From assembly GCF_009914755.1 (NCBI RefSeq), contig NC_060936.1: a stretch of DNA of 64,000 bases; one strand, written 5' to 3'. Below the pieces are notes generated by a model. It had not been told where the DNA came from. It did not search any database and was given only the letters and a program-made list of their open reading frames with translations. A program made the translations under genes and the position numbers. Origin of the DNA: the human T2T-CHM13v2.0 reference genome, Homo sapiens. Positions 36,501 to 48,130 of the stretch are shown here, in pieces. The first letter of the stretch is position 1, and each line of letters starts with the position of its first letter.

Positions 36501-39500
36501 TTGTAGAATTGGCTAAGGGATATTTGGGAGCACATTGAGGTTTATGGTGAAAAAGGAAATATCTTTAGATAAAAACTAGAAAGAAGCTTTCTGACAAACT
36601 GCTTTGGGATGTGTGCATTCATCTACCTGAGTTACAGCTTCCTTTTGATTGAGCAGTTTGGAAACACAGTTTTTGTAGAATCTGCGAAGGGATATTTGGG
36701 ATCACATTCAGGCCAATGGTGAAAAAGGAAATATCTTCACATAAAAAATAGAAAGAAGCTTTCTGAGAAATGGCTTTTTGATGTGTGCATTCATCTCACC
36801 GAGATAAAACTTACTTTTGATGGAGCAGTTTGGGAATACTGTTTTTTTAGTATCTCTCAAGGCATATTTGGGAATGCATTGAGGTCTCTGGTGAAAAAGG
36901 AAATATCTTCAGAGAAAAACTAGAAAGAAGCTTTCTGAGAAACTGATTTGTGATGTGTGCATTCATCTAACCAACTCAAAACATTCTTTTGGTTCAGCAG
37001 TGTGGAACCACTGTTTTTGTAGAATCTGCAAACTGATATTTGGGAGCAAATTGTGACCTATAGTAAAAAAAGGCAATATGTTCAGATAAAAACTTCAAAG
37101 GAGCTTTCTGAGAAACCGATTTGTGATGTGTGCTTTCATCTCACAGAGTTAAACCTTTATTTTGATGGAGCAGTTTGGAAACCCTGTTTTTGAAGACACT
37201 GCGAAGTGATATTTGGGAGTGCATTGAGGCCTATGGTGAAAAAGGAAATACCTTTAGATAAAAACTAGAAGGAAACTTTCTGAGAAACTGATTTGTAATG
37301 TGTGCATTCTTCTCACAGAGTTAAGCCTTCCTTTTGATGGAGCAGTTTGGAAACACTGTTTTTGCAGAATCTGTGAAGAGATATTTGGGAGGGCATTGAG
37401 GCCTATGGTCAAAAAGAAAATTGCTTTTAAATAAAAACTAGAAAGAATCTTTCTAAGAAACTGATTTGTGATCTGTGCATGCATTCGTCTTACAGTGTTA
37501 AACATTTCTTTTGATGGAGCAGTTTGGAAACAGTGTTTTTGTAGAATCTGTGAGGGGATATTTGGGAGCACATTGAGGTCTATGTTGAAAAAAGAAATTT
37601 ATTTAGAGAAAAACTAGAAAGAAGCTTTGTAAGAAACTGCTTTGTTTTGTGTACATTCATCTGACAGATTAAACCTTTGTTTTTATGGAGCAGTTTGGAC
37701 ACACTGTTTTTGTAGAATCTGCAAAGGGATATTTGGGAGCACATCGAGGCCTAAGGTGAAAAATGAAATATCTTCAGATACAAAGAAGAAAGAAGCTTTC
37801 TGAGAAGCTGCTTTGTGATTTCTGCATTCACATCACAGAGGTAAAGCTTTATTTTAATTGAGCAGTTTGGAAAAACTGTTTTTATATAATCTGAAAAGGG
37901 ATATTTGGGAGCACTTTAAGGCCAATGGTGAGAAAGGAAATAAATTCAGAGAAAAATTAGAAAGAAGATTTCTGAGATACTGCTTAGTGATGTATGCATC
38001 CAGCTCACAGAGTTAAACATTTTTTTTGATTGAGCAGTTTGAAAACACTGTTTTTGTAGGATCTGTGAAGGTATACTTGGGAGCACATTGAGGCCTATGA
38101 TGAAAAAGGAAATATCTTCAGATAAAAATTTCAAAGAAGCTTTCTGAGAAACTGCTTTGTGATGTGTGCATTCATCTCACAGAGACAAACCTTTCTTTTG
38201 ATTCAGCAGTTTGGAAACACTGTTTTTGTAGAATCTGAAAAGGGATATTTCGGAGTGCTTTGAGGCCTAAGTGAAAAAGGAACTATCTCCACATAAAAAC
38301 TAGAAAGAAGCTTTGTGAGAAACTGCTTTGTGACGTGTTCATTCACCTAACAGACTCAAAATTTTCTTTTGGTTGAGCAGTTTGGAAACACTGTTTTTGT
38401 AGAATCTGCAAATTGATATTTGGGAGCACATTGTGACCTATGATGAAAAAGGAAATATCTTCAGATAAAAACTTCCAAGGAGCTTTCTGAGAAACTGCTT
38501 TGTGATGTGTGCATTCATCTCACAGAGTTAAACCTTTCTTTTGGTGGAAATGTTTGGCAACACTGTTTTTGTAGAATTGGCCGAGGGACATTTGGGAGTG
38601 TGTTGAGGCCTATGGTCAAAAAGGAAATATCTTTAAATAAAAACTAGAAAGAAGCTTTCTGAGAAATGATTTGTGTTGTGTGCATTCGTCTCACCTATTT
38701 AAACTTTTCTTTTGATGGAGCAGTTAGTAAACGCTGTTTTTGTAGAATCTGCAAAGGGATATTTCAGAGCTCATTGATGCCTATGGTCAAAAACGAAATA
38801 TTTTTAGATAAAAACTGAAAGAGTCTTTCTGAGAAACTGATTTCTGATGTGTGCATTCATCTCACAGAGTTAAACCTTTCTTTTGAAGGAGCAGTTTAGA
38901 AACTGTTTTTGGAGAATCTGTGAAGGGGTATTTTGGAGTGTATTGAGGTCTATGGTGAAAAAGGAAATATCTTAAGAGAAAGAACAGAAAGAATTTTTCT
39001 GAGAAACTGATTTGTGAAGTGTTCATGCATCTCACAGAGTTAAACCTTTGTTTTTATGGAGCAGTTTGGAATCACTGTTTTTGTAGAATCTGTGAAGGGA
39101 TATTTGGGAGCTCATTGAGTGCTATGGTGAAAAAGGAATTATCTTTGGAGAAAAACTAGAAAGAAGATTTCTGAGAAACTGCTTTGTGATGTGTTCATTC
39201 ATCTCAGAAAGTTAAACTTTTCTTTTGATGGAGCAGTTTTGAAACAACTTTTTTGTAGAAAATGCCAAGAGATATTTGGGAGTGCACTGAGGCCTATTTT
39301 TAAAATGAAATATCTTTAGATAAGAACTAGAAGGAAACTTTCAGGGAAACTGATTTGTGATGTGTGCATTCATCTCACAGAGATAAACATTTCTTTTGAT
39401 TGAGCAGTTTGGAAGCATTGTTTTTATAAAATCTTCAAAGGGCTATTTCGGAACACATTGATTCTTATGACAAAAAAGGAAATATCCTCAGAGAAAAACT

Positions 39501-42500
39501 AGTAAGAAACATTCTGAGATACTGCTTAGTGATGTGTGTATTAATCTCCCTGAATTAATGCTTTCTTTTGATTGAGCAGTTTGGAAACACTGTTTTTGTA
39601 GAATCTGGGATGGGATATTTCGTAGTGAATTTAGGGTTTTGGTGAAAAAGGAAACAGCTTCAGAGAAAAATCAGAAAGAAGCCTTCTGAGAAACTGCTTT
39701 GTGATGTGTGCCTTCATCTCATAGAGTTAAACCTTTCTTTTGATGGAGCAGTTTGGATACACAGTTTTGTAGAATCTGCTGAGGGATATTTAGGAGTGCA
39801 TTGAGAACTGTGGTAAAAAAGGAAACACCTTCAGGTAAAAACTAGAAAGAAGCTTTCTGAGAAACTGCTTTATGTTGCATGCATTCATCTCACAGACTGA
39901 AAAGTTTCTTTTGGTTGAGTAGTTTGGGAACACTGTTTTTGTAGAATCTATGAAGAGATACTTTGGAGAGTATTGAGGCCTATGGTTTAAAGATATTCAG
40001 ATAAAACTTAGGCAGAAACATTCTGAGAAACTGCTTTTTGATGTGTGCATTCATCTCACAGGGTTAATTGGTGTTTTTTTATTGAGCAGTTTGGAAACAT
40101 TGTTTTTTAGAAACTGTGAAGGGATATTTGGGAGCAATTTGAGACATAGGGTCAAAAAGGAAATATCTTTAGATAAAAACTGGAAAGAAGTTTTCTGAGA
40201 AACTGCTTTTTGATGTGTGCATTCATCTGAGAGAATTTAATCTTTGTTTTGATGGAGCAGTTTGGAAACACTGTTTTTGTATAATCTTCGAATGGATATT
40301 TCAGAGCACATTGAGGCATATGGTCAAAAAGGAAATGTCTTTAGATAAAAACTAGAAAGAATCTTTCTGAGAAACTGCTTTGTGATGTTTGCATTCATCT
40401 CCCTAAGTTACAGCTTTCTTTAGATTGAGCAGTTTGGAAACACTGTTTTTGTAGAATCTGTGAAGGGATATTTGGTATCACATTTAAGCTTTTTGTGAAA
40501 AATGAAACATTTTCAGAGAAAAACAAGAAAAAAAACTTTCTGAGAAACTGCTTTGTGAATTTGGATTTGTCTCACAGGGTTAAATATTTCTTTTGATTGA
40601 AGAGTTTGGAAACACGGTTTTTGTAGTATCTGCAAAGGGATATTTGGCAGTGCATTCAGGCATATGGTGGGAAATATCTTCACATAAAAACTAGAAAGAA
40701 GCTTTCTGAGAAACTGTTTTGTGATGTGTGCATTCATCTACCAGACTCAAAATTTTCTTTTGGTTGAGCAGTTTGGAACTACTGTTTTTGTAAAATCTCC
40801 AAACTTATATTTGGGAACACATTGTGACCAATGGTGAAAAAGGAAATATCTTCAGATAAAAACTTCAGTGGAGCTTTCTGAGAAACTGCTTTGTGATGTG
40901 TGCATTCACCTCACAGAGTTAAACCTTTCTTTTGTCAGAGCAGTTTGGAAACACTGTTTTTGTAGAATCTGCAAAGAGATATTCAGGAGCACATTGAGAC
41001 ACATTGTCCAAAGGGAAATATTTTAGATAAAAACGAAAGAATATCTTTCTGAGAAACTGATTTGTGATGTGTGCATTCATCTCACAGTGTTAAACATTTC
41101 TTTTGATGGAGCAGTTTGGAAACCTTGTTTTCATCGATTCTGTGAAGGGATATTAGAGAGCACATTGAGGGCTATGGTGAGAAAGGAATTATCTTTGGTG
41201 AAAAACTAGAAGGAAGACTTCTGAGAAACTGCTTTGTGATGTGTGCATTCATCTCACAGAGTTAAAAACCTTCTTTTGATGGGGCAGCTTGGAGACACTG
41301 TTTTTGTAGAAAATACCAACTGATATTTGGGAGTGTATTGAGGTCTATGGTCCAAAAGCAAATATCTTTAAGTAAGAACTAGACAGAAACTTTCAGGGAA
41401 ACTGATTTGTGATGTGTGCATTCATCTCACAGCGTTAAACATTCCTTTTGATTGAGCAGTTTGGAAACTGTTTTTGTAGAATCTGCAAAGGGATATTTGG
41501 GAGCTCATCGATGGTTATGGTGAAAAAGTAAATATCCTCACAGAAAAACTAGTAAGAAACATTCTGAGAAACTGCTATGCACTGTGTGCATTCATCTCAG
41601 AGTTAAACCTTTGTTTTGATGGAACAGTTTGGAAACACCGTTTTGTAAATTCTGCTGAGGCATAGTTCAGAGCACATTGAGAACTATGGTGAAAAAGGAA
41701 ACATCTTCAGAGAAAAACTAGAAAGAAGCATTCTGAGAAACTGCTTTGTGAAGTACGCATTCATCTCACAGAGTTAAACCTTTCTTTTGGTTGAGCACTT
41801 TGGAAACACTGTTTTTGTAGAATCTGTGAAGACATACTTTGGATCATATTGAGGCCTATGGTTTAAAAGGAAATATCTTCAGATAAAAACTAGGCAGAAC
41901 CTTTCTGAGAAATTGCTTTGTGTTGTGTGAATTCATCACACAGAGTTAAACTTTCTTTTGAAGGTACAATTTGGAAACACTGCTTTGGTAGAATCATTGA
42001 AGGGATATTTGGTATCGCATTGAAGCCTATGATGAGAAAGGAAATATCTAGTTAAAAACCAGAAAGAAACTTTCTGAGAAACTGATATGTGATGTGTGTC
42101 TTCATCTCACAGTGTTGAACATTTCTTTTGCTGTAGCTGTTTGGAAGAAATGTTTTTCTAGGATCTGCAGGGATATTTGGGAGTTTGTTGAGACCTATGG
42201 TGAAAAAGGAAATATCTTCAGAGAAAAACTAGAAAGAGGCTTGCTGAAAAACTGCTTTTTGATGTGTGCATTCATCTCACAGATTCAAAACTTTCTTCTG
42301 GTTGAGCAGTTTGGAACCACTCTTTTTGTAGAATCAGTGAGGAGATATTTGGGAGCACATTGAAGCCTATGGTGGAAAAGGAAATATCTTCAGGTGCAAA
42401 TTTGAAAGAAGCTCTCTGAGAAAGAGCTTTGTGATGCATGCATTCATCTCACACTCTTAAACCTTTCTTTTGATTTAGAAGTTTGGAAACACTGGTTTTT

Positions 42501-45500
42501 TGGAATCTACAAAGGGATTGAGGCTTATAGTGAAAAAGGGAATAACTTCAGAGAAAAACTAGAAGGAAGCTTACTGAGAAGCTACTTTGTGATGTGTGCA
42601 TTAATATCCTTGAATTAAACCTTTCCTGTCACTCAGTAGTTTGGAAACACTGCTTTAGTAAAATCTATGAACGTGTATTTCAGTGTGCTTTGAGGCCTAT
42701 GTTGAAAAGGCAAATATCTTCAGAGAGGAACTAGAAACAAGCTTTCTGAGAAACTGCTTCAGGATGTGTGCATTCATCTCACAGAATTAAACATTTCTTT
42801 TGGTGGAGCAGTTCGTAAGCACTGGCTTTGTAGAATCTTTGAAGTGATATTTGGGAGTGCATTGAGGCCAATTGTGAAAAAGAAAACATCTTCAGAATAA
42901 AATTAGAAAGAACCTTTCTGAGAAACATCTTTGTGATGTGTGCATCCATCTCACAGAGGTAAACCTTTCTTTCAATGGAGCAGTTTGGAAACACTGTTTT
43001 TATAGAATCTTCGAGGGAATATTTGGGAGCACATTGAGGCTTATGGTCACAAAGAAAATATCTTCAGATAAAATGTAGAAAGAGGCTTTCTGAGAAACTG
43101 ACTTGTGATGTATTCATTCATCTCAGAAAGTTAATCCTTTCTTTTGATTGAGCAGTTTGGAAACACTGTTTTTGCAGAATCTGAGAAGAGTTATTTGGAA
43201 GGGCAATGAGGCCTATGATGAAAAAGGAAATATCTTCAATGAAAAACCAGAAAGAAGTTTTCTGAGAAAATGATTTCTGATGTGTGCATTCATCTCACAG
43301 ACTCAAACATTTCTCTTGGTTGAACAGTTTGGAAACACTTTTCTAAGAATCTGCGAAGAGATATTTGGGAGTGCATTGAGGACAATGGTGAAAAAGGAAA
43401 CATCCTTAGAGAAAAAATAGAAAAAAGCTTTCTGAGAAACCGATTTGTGATGTGTGAATTCATCTCACAGAGTTACAACTTTCTTTTCATGGAGAAGTTT
43501 GGAAACACTGTTTTTGTAGAATCCAGGAAGGGATATTTGGGGGCTCATTGAGACCTATGTTGAATGAGGAATTATCTTCAGATAAAAACTAGAAAGAAGC
43601 TTTCTGAGCAACTTCTTTGTGATGTGAGCATTCATCTCACACAATCAAAACTTTTCTTTTAAGGGAGCAGTTTGGAAACACTCTTTCTATAGAATCTGTG
43701 AAGTGATATTTGGGAGCGCATTGAAGCCTACGGTGAATAAGGATATGTCTTCAGAGAAAAACATGAAAGAAGCTTTCTGAGAAACTGCTTTGTAATGTGT
43801 GCATTTGTCTCACAGAACAAAAGCTTTTTTTTTATTGAGCAGTTTGGAGGAACTGTTTTTGTATAATCTGCGAAGGGATAGTAGGGAGTGCCGTGCGGTC
43901 TATGGTGGAAAAGAAAATATCTTCAGAGAAAAACAAGAAAGATGCTTCCTGAGAAACTGATTTGTGATTTGTGCATTCATCTCACAGATGTAAACATTTC
44001 TTTTGGTAGAAATGTTTGGCAACACTGTTTTTGTAGAATCTGTGAAGTGATATTTGGGAGTGCATTGAGGCCTATGGTGAAAAAGGAAATATCTTCAGAT
44101 AAATACTAGAAAGAAGCTTTCTGAGAAACTGCTTTGTGATGTGTGTATTTAAATCACCTAGGTAAACCTTTCTTTTTAATGAGGAATTTGGAAACCCTGT
44201 TTTTGTAGAATCTGTGAAGGCATATTTTGGAGTGCATTGAGGCCTATGTTGAAAAAGGAAATATCTTCAGAAAAAAACTGGAAAGAAGCTTTCTGAGCAA
44301 CTGTTTTGTGATGTGCGCATTCATCTTGCAGAGTCAAATCTCTTTTTGATGGAGCAGTTTGGAAACACTGCTTTTATGGAATCTGCAAAGAGATATTTGG
44401 GAGCACATCAAAGACTATGGCAGAAAAGGAAATAAGAGAAAAAATATAAAGATGTTTTCTGAGAAACTATTTGTTGTGTGTGCAGTCATCTTACAGAGTG
44501 AAACGTTTTTGTGATGAAGCAGTTTGGAAATATTGTTGTCACAAATTCTGCAAAGGGATATTTGAGAGTGCATTGAGTCCTATGGTGACAAAGGAAATAT
44601 CTTCAGAAAAAAAACAAAAAAAATGTCTTCTGAGAAACCATTTTGTGATCTGTGCATTCATCTCAAAGGAATAAACCTTTCTTTTGATGGAGCAGTTTGG
44701 AAATACTGTTTTTGTAGAAACTCTGAGGGATATTTTGGAGCTCATTGAGGCCTATGGTCAAAAAGGAAATATTTTTAGATAAAAACTAGAAGGAAGCTTT
44801 CTGAGAAACTAATTTGTGATGTGTGCATTCATTTCACAGAGGTAAACTTTTCTTTTGATGGAGCTTTTTGAGAACAATGTTTTTGTAAAATGTGCAAAGA
44901 GATATTACAGATCTCATTGAGGCCTATAGTGAAAAGGAAATATCTTCAGAGAAAAACAAGAAAGAAACTTTCTGAGAAACTGATTTGTGATGTGTGCATT
45001 CATCTCACAGAGTTAAACCTTTCTTTTGATGGAAATGTTTGGCAACACTGCTTTTGTAGAATCTATGAAGGGATATTTGGGAGGGCCTTGAGGCCTATGG
45101 TTTAAAATGAAATGTCTTAAGAGAAAACTGCAAAGAAGCCCTCTGAGAAACTGGTTTGTGATGTGTGCATTAAACATATAGAGTTAAACCTTTCTTTTGA
45201 TGGAGCAGTTTGGAAACACTGTTTTTTAGAATTTGCGAAGGGATATTTTGGAGTGCACTGAGGCTTGTGTTCAAAAAGGAAATATCTTTAGATAAAAACT
45301 AGCAAGAAGCCCTCTGAGAAACTGGTTTGTGATGTGCACATTCATCTCACTGAGTTACACATTTCTTTTCATGGAGATGTTTGCAAAGACTGTTTTTGTA
45401 GAATTGGCAACTGGATATTTGGGAGAGAATTGAGGCTGATGGTGAAAAAGGAAATATCTTCAAGAAAAACTACAAAGAGACTTTCTGAGAAACTACTTTG

Positions 45501-46385
45501 TAATGCTTGCATTCATCTTACAGACTCATATTTTTCTTTTGTTTGAGCAGGTGGGAAACACTGTTTTTGTAGAAACTACAAATGGATATTTTGGTACTCA
45601 TTGAGGCTTACGGTGAAAAAGGAATTATCTTCAGATAAAAACTAGGAAGAACCTTTCTGAGAAGCTGCTTTGTGACGTTTCCATTCATCTCACAGAGTTA
45701 AACCTTTCTTTTGATGGAGAAGTCTGGAAACACTGTTTTTGTAGAATCTGCAAAGTGATATTTGGCACCGTATTTAGGCCTATGGTAAAAAATGAAGTAT
45801 CTTAAGAGAAAAACTATAAAGATGCTGTCTGAGAAACTGAGTTGTTATGGGGTGCATTCATTTCACAGAGTTATAATTTTCTTTTGATGGAGCTGTTTGG
45901 AATCATGGTTTTGGAGAAACTATGACAGGATACTTGGGAGTGCATTGAGACCTATGGTGAAAAAGAAAATAACTTCAGAGAAAAAAAAGAAGTAAGCTTT
46001 TGGAGAAACTGCTTTGTGATGTGTGCATTCATCTCACAGACTCAAACCTTTCTTTTGTTTCAGCAGGTTGGAAACACTGTTTTTGTAGAATCTGCAAATG
46101 AATATTTGGGTGCACTTTGAGACTTATTTTGAAAAAGGAAATATCTTCAGATAAAAACTAGAAAGAAACTTTCTGAGAAACTTCTTTGTGAAGTGTGCAT
46201 TGATCTCACAGAGTTAAACCTTTCTGTTGATTGAGCAGTTTGGAAACACTATTTTGTAGAATCTGTGAAGGGATAATTGGGAGTACTTTGAGGCCTAGGG
46301 TGAAAAAGGAAACTTCTTCAGATAAAAACTAGAAAGAAGGCTTCTGAGAAACTGCTTTGTGATTTGTGCATTTGTCCACAGAGTT
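36501..46385 (+). repeat. Alpha satellite, monomeric with degenerate multi-monomer duplications
   Basis: ~171-bp periodicity; shared rare variants at offsets of 8-14 monomers. Confidence 0.96.
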
Positions 46386-48130
46386 AAACTTTTTTGGATT
46401 CAGCAGTTTGGAAACACTGCTTTTGTCCATTCTGCAAATGGACATTTGGAAGTTCACTGAGGCAAATGGCAAAAAAATGTAATATACCCGGAGAAAAACT
46501 AGAAGGAAGCTCTCTGAGAAACAGCTTTGTAATGTTTGCATTCATATCGCAGTGTTATACGTTTCTTTTCCTTCAGCAGTTTACAAACACTGTTGATGTA
46601 GAATCTGCAAAGAGATATTTGGGAGTGCATTGAGGTGTATGGTGAAAAAGGAAACATCTTCAGGTAAAAAGAAGAAAGAAGCTTTTGAGAAACTGCTTTT
46701 TGATGTGTGCATTCATCTCACAGAGTTAAACCTTTCTTGGATTCAGCAGTTTGGAAACACTGTTTTTGTGAATTCTGCAAATGGATACTTGGGAGCTCAT
46801 TGAGGCCAATGGCAACAAAACGAATATAAAACCTAGAAGGAAGCTATCTGAGAAACCGAATTGTGATGTGTGCATTCCATCTCGCAGACTTAAACCTTTC
46901 TTTTCTGAAACATTTTTGAAACACCGTTTTTGTGCATTCTGAGAATGGACATTGGGAATCTCATTGAAGCCAATGGCGAAGAAGGGAATATTCCATATAA
47001 AAACTAGAAGGAAGCTATCTGAGACACTGCTTTGTGATGTGTGTATTCATCTCACAGAGTTAAACCTTTCTTTTCATGCAGTATTTTGGAAATACTGTTT
47101 TTGTAAAATCTGTAAAGGGATATTCTAAATGCATTGAGGACTATGGTGAAACAGGAATCATCCTCAGATAAAAACTAGAAAGAAGCTTTCTGAGAAACTG
47201 CTTTGTCATGTGTGATTTCATCTCAGAGAGTTAAACTTTTCTTTGGATTCAGCAATTTGGAAACACTGTTTTTGTCCATTCTGTGAATGGACAGTTGGGA
47301 GCTCAATGAGGTCAAAGGCAAAAAAGTGAATATCCAAGGATAAAAACTAGAAGGAAGCTGTCTGAGCAACTGCCTTAAGATGTGTGCATTCATCCTGCAG
47401 AGTTAAAACTTTCTTTTCATTCAACAGTTTGGAAACACTGTTGATGTAGACTCTGCAATAGGATAATTGGGGGTGCATTGTGGCCTATGGTGAAAAAGGA
47501 AACATCTTCAGATTAAAACTAGAAAGAGGATTTCTGAGAAACTGCTTTGTGATGTGTGGCTTCATCTCACAGAGTTAAAACTTTCTTTGGATTCAGTAGT
47601 TTAGGAACACTGTTTTTGTCCATTTGGTGAATGGACATTTGGGAGTCCATTTAGGCCAATGGTGACAAAGTGAATATCCCAGGATAAAAGCTAGAAGGAA
47701 CCTCTCTGAGAAACTGCTTTGTGATGTGTGCATTCATCTCACAGAGTTAAACCTCTCTTTTCATTCAGCAGATTGGAAGCACTATTTTTGTAGAGTCTGT
47801 GACAGGATATTTGGGAGCACATTGAGGCCCATGGTGAAAAAGGAAACATCTTCATATGGAAACTGGAAAGAACCTTTCTGAGAAACTGCTTTCTGATGTG
47901 AGCATTCATCTCACAGAGTTAAACATTTGTTTGGATTCAGCAGTTTGGAAACACAGTTTTTGTTGAAATCTGTGAATGGACATTTGGTAGCTCCTTGAGG
48001 CCAAAGGCAAAGAAGGGAATATCAAATGATTAAAACTAGAAGGAAGATCTCAGAGAAACCACTTTGTGGTGTACCCATTCATCTCGCAGAGGTAAACCTT
48101 TCTTTTCATTCAGCAAGTTGGAAAACAATG
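46386..48130 (+). repeat. Dimeric alpha satellite island 2
   Basis: The same GTCCATT..AATGGAC / GAAGGAAGCT / TTTTCATTCAGC markers as island 1, near 46425, 46770, 46931, 47274, 47618 and 47965; boundaries approximate. Confidence 0.88.
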
